Origin: Gammaproteobacteria bacterium | GTDB lineage: Bacteria; Pseudomonadota; Gammaproteobacteria; UBA1113 | Assembly: GCA_020051015.1 (NCBI GenBank) | Contig: JAGVJQ010000038.1 | Span: forward strand, 6,485 to 70,484 | DNA length: 64,000 nt | Direction: 5' to 3' | Shown here: positions 8,868 to 18,596 of the stretch, piece after piece | How the letters are laid out: every line of letters starts with the position of its first letter | Numbering within the stretch: the first letter of the stretch is position 1 | Position numbers and translations under genes: made by a program | Notes under the pieces: generated by a model | What the model saw: the letters and a program-made list of their open reading frames with translations, nothing else | Told to the model about the DNA's origin: nothing | Databases searched by the model: none

Positions 8868-9792
8868 CCCAACTTATCCAACCCATATCAAGATTGCTAC
8901 ACGCCGCAGCCCACTTGCACTTTGGCAAGCTAACTTTGTCAAAGAGCTCATTGTAAAGAAGCACCCACATGTCACGGTTGAACTAATTTTAATAGTGACC
9001 GAGGGGGATAAGAACTTAACAAATTCTTTAGCAAAGATTGGCGGCAAAGGATTATTTATTAAAGAGCTTGAAGTTGCATTACGAGACAAGCGTGCCGATA
9101 TTGCCGTCCACTCAATGAAAGATATGACGGTCCATCTTCCAGAAGACTTAACGCTCGCTGCGTTTTGCCCACGTGAAGATGTGCGTGATGCCTTTGTTTC
9201 AGAAAAATATAACGCCCTTCAGCAATTACCTCATGGCGCTATCGTCGGTACTTCCAGCTTACGACGCCAAGCTCAACTATTAGCAATGCGACCAGACTTA
9301 ATCATTAAACCGTTACGTGGCAATGTGAATACTCGCCTCGATAAGTTAGCACAGGGTGATTTTGATGCCATTATTTTGGCGGCTGCTGGATTAATACGTC
9401 TTGGTTTTGAAGATAAAATTAAACAATTCCTTGCCATTGAAGATATGCTACCGGCTGTTGGACAAGCAATTGTTGGCATTGAATGTCGAGCTCAAGATTC
9501 GGCGACCATTGCGCTTATGCAAACATTAAATTGCCCACAATCTGAAATTTGTATCACTGCCGAACGTAGTATGAATCAAAAATTAGGGGGAACTTGCTCT
9601 ACCCCCATTGCGGGATTGGCAACCATTCACCAGCAACAACTACAGTTATGTGGTCGTGTACTTAGCTCCGATGGCAAAACTATGTTACACGTTGTAGAAA
9701 CCGCAGCGAAACATGATGCACATGCGCTTGGCCTGCAAGTTGCAAATCAACTATTAGCGCAGGGTGCTGCTCAAATAATTCAAGGATGCTAA
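8857..9792 (+). CDS. hemC: hydroxymethylbilane synthase (porphobilinogen deaminase)
   Basis: IKIATRRSPLALWQA, GGKGLFIKELE and SLRRQAQL motifs. The internal ATG at 8857 is preferred over the track start at 8836. Confidence 0.9.
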   Translation: MVTNPTYPTHIKIATRRSPLALWQANFVKELIVKKHPHVTVELILIVTEGDKNLTNSLAKIGGKGLFIKELEVALRDKRADIAVHSMKDMTVHLPEDLTLAAFCPREDVRDAFVSEKYNALQQLPHGAIVGTSSLRRQAQLLAMRPDLIIKPLRGNVNTRLDKLAQGDFDAIILAAAGLIRLGFEDKIKQFLAIEDMLPAVGQAIVGIECRAQDSATIALMQTLNCPQSEICITAERSMNQKLGGTCSTPIAGLATIHQQQLQLCGRVLSSDGKTMLHVVETAAKHDAHALGLQVANQLLAQGAAQIIQGC

Positions 9793-9796
9793 TAAG

Positions 9797-10591
9797 ATGG
9801 ATAATCTTGCTGCTTTGTTAGGATTGCGAGTATTGGTCACCCGACCTGCACACCAAGCAGTAAGTTTGATTTCAGCATTAAATCAAGCAAGTGCAACGCC
9901 ATTATTATTACCTGTCACAACGATCATTCCCACTATTAACGACCCCTCTGTCGGCGCTGCTTTACAACAATATGAACAAGCCAATTCTATTATATTCACC
10001 AGTTCAAATGCAGTTAGAAATGCGATTCTTGCCATCAACAAAGCTAATAAATCATGGCCCCCGGTGCAATCTGTTTTTGCAATTGGCCCAGCTACTTGTC
10101 ATTCACTAAATGTATCAAATTGTAACAATGTCATCATGCCTGATATTGATTTTAGCTCCGAAGGTTTATTGGCTAAATCTGAATTACAACATATAAAAGA
10201 TAACATCATTATTATCTTTGGCGGCGCTAATCCGCGTCCTTTGCTTGCGACGCAATTACAACAACGTGGCGCTCATGTCCTGCATGCAGCATGTTATATG
10301 CGGCAACCGCTAACAGCGCAAATGGATATTAAACAACAAGCTGAATTATTAAATAAAGTTGATATTATTGTCTGTACTAGTAACGAAACATTGCTTAATT
10401 TAATTCAAGCATTCGACAAAGGTTTACATAACCAGTTGTTTGATAAAGAGTTTCTTGTAATAAATTCGCACATGAAAACGACTTTAAAAGGATTAGGCTA
10501 CATTAAATCACCAATTATTGCAGACAATCCTACCGATCACAGTATAATGTCTGCATTAACACTTTGGTATGAGGAACATCACCATGACTGA
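9797..10591 (+). CDS. hemD: uroporphyrinogen-III synthase
   Basis: Position directly after hemC, size (264 aa) and VLVTRPAHQA N-terminus typical of HemD. Confidence 0.8.
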   Translation: MDNLAALLGLRVLVTRPAHQAVSLISALNQASATPLLLPVTTIIPTINDPSVGAALQQYEQANSIIFTSSNAVRNAILAINKANKSWPPVQSVFAIGPATCHSLNVSNCNNVIMPDIDFSSEGLLAKSELQHIKDNIIIIFGGANPRPLLATQLQQRGAHVLHAACYMRQPLTAQMDIKQQAELLNKVDIIVCTSNETLLNLIQAFDKGLHNQLFDKEFLVINSHMKTTLKGLGYIKSPIIADNPTDHSIMSALTLWYEEHHHD

Positions 10592-11600
10592 AAGCTCAAC
10601 CACCGAGCCACTAACCAAGCAACCACAATCAGGTAATCACCATCTTACCAAAGGATTACCTATCATTTTATCTGTTACATCACTTGCTGCTGTTATTGTA
10701 TTAGCTGGCACCTGTGGTGTGTTATGGAAAAAAAACCAGTCGATTTCACAGAAAAACGTGGCTCAAGTGAGTGAACTACAATCGGAGCTTACTGACTTAA
10801 ATGAGCAAGTTTCCCAATCGCAAGAGCAATTACAAAAACAACAGTTGCGCTTAAAATCATTTATGAGCAATCAAGTATCCGATAATATTACTTGGCAATT
10901 AGGTGAAGCAAGATACTTAATCCATCTTGCCAATTTCAGCGTGAGCTTTGAACATAATGTTCCTGTCGCCATTGAATTATTACAGACCGCCGATGCGCGA
11001 ATTGCCAGTCTTGACGATCCAACCATGTTAAATCTACGACAAGCCTTAGCTAACGATATCACCACATTGAAGGGTGTACCACAAGCTGATATTCCTAACA
11101 TCTTATTGCAACTTAATGCATTTGGGGATCAAGTTAGTAAACTGCCTGTCATTTCCACTCCCAATGCTGTTCCGCAAGCGCCAGTACCGAAACATCATCA
11201 TCACCATCAACCAGGATGGAAGCGTGGTTTAGAACAAAGTTGGCAACAGCTAAAGCAAATTATTGTGGTGCAATATCATGATCAACCGGTCGGTCAATTA
11301 ATTACGCCACAAAATCGTCACTATCTCGATTTGCATCTACAAATGCTATTGTCACAAGCAGAATGGGCTTGCTTGCACCAACAAGGCGATCTATATAGTA
11401 ATAGCGTACAGCAAGCCATTAACTGGGTGAAAAATTATTACGTTGAATCTGCACCACAAACGCAAGCAATGCTAACTGGACTGACGCAATTACAACAACA
11501 AAATATTTCTCCAACCATGCCTGACATATCTGATTCGCTTAACATTATTAATACGCAACTTGATGATCTAACCGATGCCAATAAAGGGGCGAATTCATGA
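10584..11600 (+). CDS. hemX: HemX-like membrane protein
   Basis: Single TM segment followed by a coiled-coil and the HemX domain. Conserved hemCDXY order. ATG at 10584 (GAGGA Shine-Dalgarno at 10571-10575) overlaps the hemD stop. Confidence 0.7.
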   Translation: MTESSTTEPLTKQPQSGNHHLTKGLPIILSVTSLAAVIVLAGTCGVLWKKNQSISQKNVAQVSELQSELTDLNEQVSQSQEQLQKQQLRLKSFMSNQVSDNITWQLGEARYLIHLANFSVSFEHNVPVAIELLQTADARIASLDDPTMLNLRQALANDITTLKGVPQADIPNILLQLNAFGDQVSKLPVISTPNAVPQAPVPKHHHHHQPGWKRGLEQSWQQLKQIIVVQYHDQPVGQLITPQNRHYLDLHLQMLLSQAEWACLHQQGDLYSNSVQQAINWVKNYYVESAPQTQAMLTGLTQLQQQNISPTMPDISDSLNIINTQLDDLTDANKGANS

Positions 11601-12790
11601 AATTTTTGATTGTCACCTTATTAATTTTCTTTCTTGCGGTGTGGGCTGGCGTCAAAATTGCGGCCGATCCAGGTTATGCATTATTTGCTTACCAACATTG
11701 GACGTTACAAATGCCATTGTGGGTAGCAGGCGCATTATTAGTCCTTGGATTTATTCTGTTACATAATTTAGTATTACTAATACGCGGTACTGGTGCACTT
11801 GCCAAAAAGTTTCGTATTTGGCGCAAACAACATCGTTTGAATGTATCACATCGTTTAACCAAAAATGGATTACGTGAATTAGCTGAAGGGAAATGGGCTT
11901 CTGCAGAAGCTTTGTTAGTGAAAGCAACCCAACATAATAATTCGCCTTTAATTAATTATTTAGCCGCCGCTCGTGCCGCACAAGAACAAGGTGCCGATAA
12001 TCGCCGCGATGAATATTTACGAATGGCACATGTCAGCACACCTGATTCTGAATTAGCTATTGGCCTAACCCAAGCACAATTACAATTTAATCAAAAGCAA
12101 CTTGAACATTGTTTAGCGACATTGCGACATATGCAACATTTGGATCCACAAAATAAATACGTGTTAAAAATGTTGAAAAAACTTTATCAGGAATTAAACG
12201 ACTGGAATGGCATATTAGAGCTATTACCTGAATTACGTAAACGGAAAGTAATTTCTGCTGATGCATTGGCAGAGCTTGAAAAACAAGCTTATTATGAACT
12301 CATGTTACAACTTGGCAAAAGTGCAGGTCCACAACAATTAGATAATTTGTGGCAACGCACACCACGCAATTTAAAACGAGATAGTCAACTGTTGCAGTTA
12401 TATACGGCACGATTGATGACATTACAACGCAATGATGAGGCGGAACAAATCATTAAAGATGCTTTAAAAACCGACTGGCATCCTGAGTTAGTCCGCCTAT
12501 ATGGTTTATTACCTGCTTCCCAATCTGCAAAACAGTTAGAAACCGCCGAAGGCTGGCTAAAGCAATATGGTAATAGCGCGATTTTATTGCTGACATTGGG
12601 TCGTTTATGTCTACGTAATCACTTATGGGGACAGGCACGACAATTCTTTGAGTCGGCTTTAGATCTCGAGCCTAATGCTGAGTTATACGCAGAATTTGGC
12701 CGTTTGCTCGAGCATGTTGGTCAAGCACAAGATGCGATGGAAAAATACCGTCAAGGCTTGTTAAGCACAACGGTAACGGTAGCATTTTGA
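11597..12790 (+). CDS. hemY: HemY-like TPR membrane protein
   Basis: Two N-terminal TM segments followed by TPR-like repeats. ATGA overlap with the hemX stop. Conserved operon position. Confidence 0.8.
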   Translation: MKFLIVTLLIFFLAVWAGVKIAADPGYALFAYQHWTLQMPLWVAGALLVLGFILLHNLVLLIRGTGALAKKFRIWRKQHRLNVSHRLTKNGLRELAEGKWASAEALLVKATQHNNSPLINYLAAARAAQEQGADNRRDEYLRMAHVSTPDSELAIGLTQAQLQFNQKQLEHCLATLRHMQHLDPQNKYVLKMLKKLYQELNDWNGILELLPELRKRKVISADALAELEKQAYYELMLQLGKSAGPQQLDNLWQRTPRNLKRDSQLLQLYTARLMTLQRNDEAEQIIKDALKTDWHPELVRLYGLLPASQSAKQLETAEGWLKQYGNSAILLLTLGRLCLRNHLWGQARQFFESALDLEPNAELYAEFGRLLEHVGQAQDAMEKYRQGLLSTTVTVAF

Positions 12791-12818
12791 TTGTTTTTTG
12801 ACCAATTTTTGGTATAAT
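12791..12818 (+). promoter_or_regulatory. candidate sigma70 promoter with an extended -10 (TGgTATAAT) for the permease leader
   Basis: tggtataat at 12810-12818 and a weak -35-like ttgttt at 12791-12796, immediately after the hemY stop. Sequence-pattern call only. Confidence 0.3.
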
Positions 12819-12851
12819 GTCTGGTTCAATTGAGATATACCATTTGCCAAT

Positions 12852-12960
12852 GAAAATGTGAAATGGGAAGCAGCACAAGTGGGACCCCGGAGCTGTGGGT
12901 ATCCCGCCGTGCTCGCAAGCTCCGCGCGGACGGGAGCCCTCCCTTTGCTCCGCCCACTTG
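12852..12960 (+). repeat. GC-rich structured repeat, copy 1 (84-nt core 12877-12960 closed by caagtggg/cccacttg)
   Basis: Near-identical to 14472-14580, with 2 mismatches in the 84-nt core. Internal hairpins can be drawn by hand. It lies 57 nt upstream of the permease ATG. Confidence 0.8.
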
Positions 12961-13017
12961 TCGCATTTTCAAGCGGGATGGAATATTTGTAATTTATTTT
13001 GATATAAGGCTGGACGA

Positions 13018-14442
13018 ATGACTTCGACTTCAAGACACACAATTGGTGCCTTTAGCATCGCAATGATGACGGTAACATCAGTTGATAGTATACGGAACTT
13101 ACCTGCCATTGCTCTGTTCGGAACCCCTTTGATTTTCTTTTTTATCATTGGCGCATTATGTTTTTTAGTTCCAAGTGCGATGGTTTCTGCTGAATTAGCC
13201 ACTGGCTGGTCTAAAACGGGTGGTGTTTATATTTGGGTAAAAGAAGCATTTGGCAAAAAGTCTGGCTTATTAGCTATCTGGTTTCAGTGGATTGAAAATG
13301 TGATTTGGTATCCAACCTTATTGTCATTTATTGCTGGCAGCCTTGCTTACATTTTTTCACCTTCATTAGCCGCAAATAAATATTATTTAATGAGCGTTAT
13401 TGTTGCGACTTTCTGGATTGTAAGTCTTCTCAATTTACGAGGAATCAAATTATCTGCCAAATTTAGTTCATTTTGCGGAATGCTCGGTTTGGTTGTTCCC
13501 ATGAGTATGGTCATTTTACTAGGTGTCGTTTGGGTCATGCTTGGTAAACCATTACAAATTCATTTTAATATGGCTGCCATGGCCCCTAATTTCCACGACC
13601 CCAGTATTTTAGTCTCGCTCACCGCCATTGTGCTGTGTTTTTGTGGCATGGAAATTGCAACCGTACACTCACAAAATGTAAGAAATCCTGAACGTGATTA
13701 TCCACGCGCCTTAAAATTTTCCGTCATTTTTATTATGATCACTATGTTATTGGGTGCCTTAGCTATTGCTGTTATTGTCTCTAATAGCCAATTGAGTTTA
13801 GTCTCTGGCATTAGTCAAGCATTACAGATTTATCTCAATGCTTATCATATTGGTTGGTTAACCCCCGTTATCATGGTATTGGTTCTATTTGGTATTTTAG
13901 GCTCATTAAGTAATTGGATTATCGCGCCTAGCCGCGGTTTACAAATTGCATTAAATGACTTGAAAATATTCCCCAGCCTTGTAAAAGAAAATAGATTTCA
14001 TGTCCCAACCCCATTAATTATTTATCAAGCCATTATTGTCACGCTCTTGGCCTGTGTATTTTTACTCATGCCAAGTGTCAATGCCTCTTACTGGATTTTA
14101 ACTGCAATGACAGCTCAATTATATATGGGTATGTATATCCTTATGTTTGCTGCAGCGATTGCATTACGTTATCGTCGCCCTGAAGTCACTCGCGCTTATC
14201 GTATTCCTGGTGGCAAACCTGGTATTTGGATTGTGGCTGGCGCTGGTTTTATTATCAGCATTATTACTATTATTATCGGCTTCTTCCCACCGGATGGCAT
14301 TAATGTGGGGAATGTATGGCGTTATGAAGCCATTATGGCAACAGGATTGTTTTTGATGTCTATTCCGCCATTCATTATCTTGGCGTGGCAAGAACGCAAG
14401 CAAGTAAACGCAACGGAAAGCTCCATACTAGAGAATAATTAA
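13018..14442 (+). CDS. APC-superfamily amino acid permease (glutamate:GABA antiporter / YjeM-like)
   Basis: 474 aa, roughly 12 hydrophobic segments. N-terminal IGAFSIAMMTVTSVDSIRNLP typical of this APC subfamily. Confidence 0.85.
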   Translation: MTSTSRHTIGAFSIAMMTVTSVDSIRNLPAIALFGTPLIFFFIIGALCFLVPSAMVSAELATGWSKTGGVYIWVKEAFGKKSGLLAIWFQWIENVIWYPTLLSFIAGSLAYIFSPSLAANKYYLMSVIVATFWIVSLLNLRGIKLSAKFSSFCGMLGLVVPMSMVILLGVVWVMLGKPLQIHFNMAAMAPNFHDPSILVSLTAIVLCFCGMEIATVHSQNVRNPERDYPRALKFSVIFIMITMLLGALAIAVIVSNSQLSLVSGISQALQIYLNAYHIGWLTPVIMVLVLFGILGSLSNWIIAPSRGLQIALNDLKIFPSLVKENRFHVPTPLIIYQAIIVTLLACVFLLMPSVNASYWILTAMTAQLYMGMYILMFAAAIALRYRRPEVTRAYRIPGGKPGIWIVAGAGFIISIITIIIGFFPPDGINVGNVWRYEAIMATGLFLMSIPPFIILAWQERKQVNATESSILENN

Positions 14443-14471
14443 TATTGGGGTATCGCCATATTCATTATCCC

Positions 14472-14580
14472 GAAAATGTGGAATGAGAAACACCGCAAGT
14501 GGGACCCCGGAGCTGCGGGTATCCCGCCGTGCTCGCAAGCTCCGCGCGGACGGGAGCCCTCCCTTCGCTCCGCCCACTTG
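14472..14580 (+). repeat. GC-rich structured repeat, copy 2 (core 14497-14580)
   Basis: Same orientation as copy 1 and exactly 1620 bp downstream of it. It lies 49 nt upstream of the rdgB ATG. Confidence 0.8.
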
Positions 14581-14629
14581 CTACGATGCGCAATCCAACA
14601 TCATTGCAAATATCAAAGGACTTATAAAC

Positions 14630-15223
14630 ATGCTACATAAAATTGTCATCGCTAGCAGTAATGCAGGAAAAATTCGTGAATTTAATGCCATTTTTGCTGA
14701 AAAATCGATTGAGATTATTCCCCAAACAACGTTTAACGTTCCGGACGTTGAAGAAACCGGCTTAACCTTTATTGAAAATGCTATTTTAAAAGCTCGTCAT
14801 TGCTGTACCCATACTGGTCTTCCCTCTATTGCGGATGACTCAGGATTGATTATCGATGCCCTTGATGGTCGACCAGGCATTTATTCGGCTCGTTATGCTG
14901 GTAAAAATAGTTCTAATGAAGAAAAAATTGCTAAAGTGTTAGCTGATATGTCTGAGGTACTTGCCCCCCAACGCACGGCACGATTCATTTCAATTATTGT
15001 ATTCATGCGTAATCATGATGATCCCGCTCCGATTATTTGTGAAGGAATCTGGGAAGGTAGTATATTAACTGAACCCCATGGTACGAATGGATTTGGCTAT
15101 GACCCGATTTTTTGGGTACCAGAACATCGCTGTGCTGCCGCAGAATTAAACCCGGTTGTAAAAAATCAGATTAGTCATCGAGCACAAGCATTGCAGAAAT
15201 TATTTGAACGATTAACGATGTAA
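14630..15223 (+). CDS. rdgB: dITP/XTP pyrophosphatase (RdgB/HAM1 family)
   Basis: KIVIASSNAGKIREF N-terminus, FGYDPIF and SHRAQAL motifs. The track start at 14483 was rejected because that extension only translates the GC-rich repeat. Confidence 0.85.
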   Translation: MLHKIVIASSNAGKIREFNAIFAEKSIEIIPQTTFNVPDVEETGLTFIENAILKARHCCTHTGLPSIADDSGLIIDALDGRPGIYSARYAGKNSSNEEKIAKVLADMSEVLAPQRTARFISIIVFMRNHDDPAPIICEGIWEGSILTEPHGTNGFGYDPIFWVPEHRCAAAELNPVVKNQISHRAQALQKLFERLTM

Positions 15224-15257
15224 GGTGAATGCCGAGTCACATTACGCCCATTCACCT
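15223..15257. terminator. hairpin between convergent rdgB and the DUF962 gene (possible terminator)
   Basis: aggtgaatg (15223-15231) pairs with cattcacct (15249-15257). The loop is large and there is no clear T-tract. Confidence 0.35.
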
Positions 15258-15281
15258 ACAAATTATTTCCTTACTATTCAA

Positions 15282-15770
15282 TCACGCTGGTTCTTGTAAT
15301 TTCCATTTTAGTTTTTGTTTCAAACCGCACCAAAATGCAATTTCTACGGCTAAAAATATTGGGGCGGTAAAAATCTGCCAGATATTATCTGTCAATGCTG
15401 GTCGTTTACCTTCGACCAGGTGACCAATAATTTGGAATATCCATCCCACAATAAAACAAATTAAAAATACATAAAAACTATGGTGACTTGGAATAATGCC
15501 TAGCCAAAAAAATGATATCATGGCCAAGCCTAGCAAAGCTAATCCCGTAATTAAACCAAGCTGCCAATCTAGCAAGCAATAATACGCAGTCAAAAATACA
15601 ATGACTAACCAAGTTAATGGTGCCGATCCTACTCCATGAATAGTAATTCCGACCCAATTAAAAACAATCATCAATGAAAAGACAATTAACGGCACGCCAA
15701 TTAAATGGGTAATTTTGGTGAAAAATTTTTGGTGGTATTGTTGATAAGTACTGAGTTGTTTGAGGAACAT
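15282..15770 (-). CDS. Mpo1-like / DUF962 family membrane protein
   Basis: HxxxxNxxxH-like N-terminus (QQYHQKFFTKITHLIGVP) and IIGHLVEGKRPALTDNIWQIFTAPIF, which is characteristic of the DUF962 family. Four hydrophobic segments. Confidence 0.7.
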   Translation of the reverse strand: MFLKQLSTYQQYHQKFFTKITHLIGVPLIVFSLMIVFNWVGITIHGVGSAPLTWLVIVFLTAYYCLLDWQLGLITGLALLGLAMISFFWLGIIPSHHSFYVFLICFIVGWIFQIIGHLVEGKRPALTDNIWQIFTAPIFLAVEIAFWCGLKQKLKWKLQEPA

Positions 15771-15824
15771 TGATGTTAACTCCCTGTTAGTTCATCAAAC
15801 AATAATACAACGTACAAAAATGAT

Positions 15825-16622
15825 TTACAAAAAATAATCCTTTACATGTCGTTCTGCTTCAACTAACAATCGATCCAAATTGCTTGCTGTTGCTTCTATA
15901 TCTTGTGATTGATATTGGTGAATGACATCTAATATTTGTTTTTTGCGTTCGGCACGAGATAAAGCACGATTAAGTCGAATAATCGATATCTTCATCATAA
16001 TTTGTTCAATTTCTTGTTGATAACCCGAGCTATCTGCTGCTACTAATTGTTTATGCCACATGCCAAATCCACGACGCTGAAAAATGGATTTCGCTTCTAG
16101 TAACCGCAACATTACATGCGCTTCACCCCCGACACAGGGCCAAAAAGTAGATTCAATAAGCTCGTCTTTCACAACGAGTGGTAAGTGATTTTTCCCTACC
16201 ATGAAGCGAGTTACTCTATCGTAATTATCAATCGCTTGTTGTATTTCTAAATCAGAGATACCTAGTTGCTTCACAAGTATTTCCTGCAGCGCACCACGAA
16301 TTTTCATATTATCTGTTTGTGCTCGTTTGTAATAAAAATACAGTGTTTCTAGAAGTCGATATGGTGTATCTTGCATGAGTACTACATCCATTTGCCCAGC
16401 CGTTTGGGCTGAAATGTCATGTAGTAATTTTGTTAGGAATAATTGCACAGCATTATGTACTGCCTCTGAGCCATCATACGTTAATGGCATGATGAAGTCT
16501 TTTAGGATTTCTTGTGCATGTTGAATCTGCATTTTCAGATCAGCCGCATCATATTGAAAAGCTGAATCTGCAAAAACTGGTATATCCGTAATCGTTTGCT
16601 GTTGGAATAGATTGCTATTCAT
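15825..16622 (-). CDS. hypothetical protein (265 aa, orphan)
   Basis: Clean ORF with ordinary amino-acid composition. No motif recognised. Confidence 0.6.
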   Translation of the reverse strand: MNSNLFQQQTITDIPVFADSAFQYDAADLKMQIQHAQEILKDFIMPLTYDGSEAVHNAVQLFLTKLLHDISAQTAGQMDVVLMQDTPYRLLETLYFYYKRAQTDNMKIRGALQEILVKQLGISDLEIQQAIDNYDRVTRFMVGKNHLPLVVKDELIESTFWPCVGGEAHVMLRLLEAKSIFQRRGFGMWHKQLVAADSSGYQQEIEQIMMKISIIRLNRALSRAERKKQILDVIHQYQSQDIEATASNLDRLLVEAERHVKDYFL

Positions 16623-16703
16623 GGTTATACTAAAGCCTTAGTATTAGGGTCCAGAATCACTGGGTATGGTTTCATTTTAGCGCGGTAATATTAAGATTAG
16701 ATT

Positions 16704-18395
16704 ATGTCCATAAAATCAAAATTACAAACTGCCATGGCAGCCCATCAAGCAGGTCAATTACAAGAAGCTGAACAGCTTTATCAGGGCATTATTCAAGAAG
16801 ATCCCTCCTGTCTAGATGCCTTAAATCTATTAGGTATTTTGTACGGTCAACAAAAAAAATACGACCTTGCGGCAGATATTTTATTGCGCGTTATACAACA
16901 AGATCCCTCGTCAGCTGCTGCTCATAATCACTTGGCAACATGCTTGCTGCATTTAAAAGATACGACACAAGCCATCAAACATCTTGAGCAAGCAATTAAT
17001 ATTAGTCCGAATTATGCTGAAGCATATAATAATTTAGGCAATGTATATCAAGAACTTAATCAATTAACTGAGGCAAAAAATTATTATAAACAAGCGACAA
17101 ACTTAAGAACGAATTATACTGATGCGCTCGTTAATCTTGGTACCATTTGTTTAAAAACAAATGAGTTGGATGAAGCAAAATATTATTTTGAACAAGTTGT
17201 TAAAATTGAGCCTAACCATGCTGCAGCTAATTTTCAACTGGGGAATCTTGCTTACCAACACCATCAACTTGATGATGCTATTGCTTATTATGAAAAAATT
17301 CCAACGCATGCCAATGCCCAATTAAATTTGGGTAGTGCCTTGCTAGAACAAGGACATACTGAACAAGCCATTACTAAATTTAAAGCGGTATTAGTACTTA
17401 ATCCCAAACATTTATTAGCCCATAGTAATTTAGCAGCAATTTATGTTACTGAACAACAATATGAGCTAGCCATTCCTCATTATTATGAGATTCTGTCACA
17501 AGACACTGAAAATTACACGGCTCATTTTAATCTTGGGGCAATCTATATGAAGCAGCGTAAATGGGAAACCGCTGCTTATCATCTATCAGTAGCAATTCGA
17601 GTTAAAGATGATGATCCTGATGCACATGATAACTTTGCCACTACCTTACTTAAATTGAATCGAGAAGATTTAGCACGAGAACATTACCTACGTGCATTAG
17701 AATTGCGACCAGATGATGAAATTGCAGCTTATCGCTTAGCAGCCCTCACAGGAACAACGCAACCTGATACTGCCCCTGCAACGTATATTCAATCATTATT
17801 TGATAATTATGCCGAAAATTTTGATCATGAATTAATGGATGCACTGCAATATAAAGTTCCTGAAGCAATATACAAGCATGCATGTCTTTATCTGCATGAT
17901 CGGTGGGATTTAAACGTAGTGGATTTAGGTTGTGGCACGGGGTTGTGCGGTCGTTATTTTATCCCACGGACATCACTACTGGTTGGTGTTGATTTATCTG
18001 CCAATATGCTAAAAATTGCAGAGAAAAAGCATATTTATGATGAGTTAATTGAAGATGATATGGTCACTGCTTTAAATCGTTGGCATGAGCAAATTGATTT
18101 AATTACTGCGGCGGATAGTTTTGTGTATCTTGGCGATCTAACGACTATTTTTACACAGTGTTACCAAGCACTCGCCCCTTCTGGCTATTTAATTTTTACC
18201 ACGGAAGCAGGTTATGAAAAAGATTTTCAACTGATGAAAACGGGTCGTTATACTCATCATGCTGATTATCTAAAGCAGTTAGCTAACAAAATCGGTTTTG
18301 AAGTAACTGAATTTGTTTTATTGAAATTACGTGAAGAAAAAGGCTTGCCTGTTAATGGTTGGTTAGTGGTATTGAAAAAAAGTAGGGGCAGTTGA
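16704..18395 (+). CDS. TPR-repeat protein fused to a C-terminal class I SAM-dependent methyltransferase domain
   Basis: About 10 TPR units (AEAYNNLGNVYQELNQLTEA etc.) are followed by the SAM-binding motif VVDLGCGTGLCG. Confidence 0.8.
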   Translation: MSIKSKLQTAMAAHQAGQLQEAEQLYQGIIQEDPSCLDALNLLGILYGQQKKYDLAADILLRVIQQDPSSAAAHNHLATCLLHLKDTTQAIKHLEQAINISPNYAEAYNNLGNVYQELNQLTEAKNYYKQATNLRTNYTDALVNLGTICLKTNELDEAKYYFEQVVKIEPNHAAANFQLGNLAYQHHQLDDAIAYYEKIPTHANAQLNLGSALLEQGHTEQAITKFKAVLVLNPKHLLAHSNLAAIYVTEQQYELAIPHYYEILSQDTENYTAHFNLGAIYMKQRKWETAAYHLSVAIRVKDDDPDAHDNFATTLLKLNREDLAREHYLRALELRPDDEIAAYRLAALTGTTQPDTAPATYIQSLFDNYAENFDHELMDALQYKVPEAIYKHACLYLHDRWDLNVVDLGCGTGLCGRYFIPRTSLLVGVDLSANMLKIAEKKHIYDELIEDDMVTALNRWHEQIDLITAADSFVYLGDLTTIFTQCYQALAPSGYLIFTTEAGYEKDFQLMKTGRYTHHADYLKQLANKIGFEVTEFVLLKLREEKGLPVNGWLVVLKKSRGS

Positions 18396-18596
18396 CAATT
18401 CTACTATGCTGGGCATTAAGCCTCGATTTTTTGTGCTCCGCTGCTCACAGACGGCAAAGTATGCTCCGCTGCGGTGCTCAAAAATCAAGTCTTTCTGCCG
18501 CAGCATAGCGACAAATTGGCGCTAGCCAATTTGGACGGCTGTAAGCCGCCCCGAAGGGGTGAGGGCCGAAGGTCCGAATCAATTGTCAACTGCCCC
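18385..18596. repeat. 212-bp MITE-like element with 16-bp perfect terminal inverted repeats
   Basis: ggggcagttgacaatt (18385-18400) is the reverse complement of aattgtcaactgcccc (18581-18596). The GC-rich interior has several sub-hairpins (ctatgctg/cagcatag, cccc-gaa-gggg, ttggc-gcta-gccaa). Confidence 0.65.

Noticed and set aside
12877..12960. The GC-rich repeat as an RsmY/RsmZ-type CsrA-sponge sRNA, since it contains four GGA triplets
   Set aside because: In my hand fold most GGA motifs are in stems rather than loops. No GacA/LetA-type upstream box or clear terminator is visible. The idea is not supportable without folding and expression data.
14483..14629. N-terminal extension of rdgB (track start at 14483), together with the minus-strand ORF 12761..13042
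   Set aside because: Both merely translate the GC-rich structured repeat (…GTPELRVSRRARKLRADGSPP…). The RdgB family starts at the MLHKIVIASSNAGK Met.
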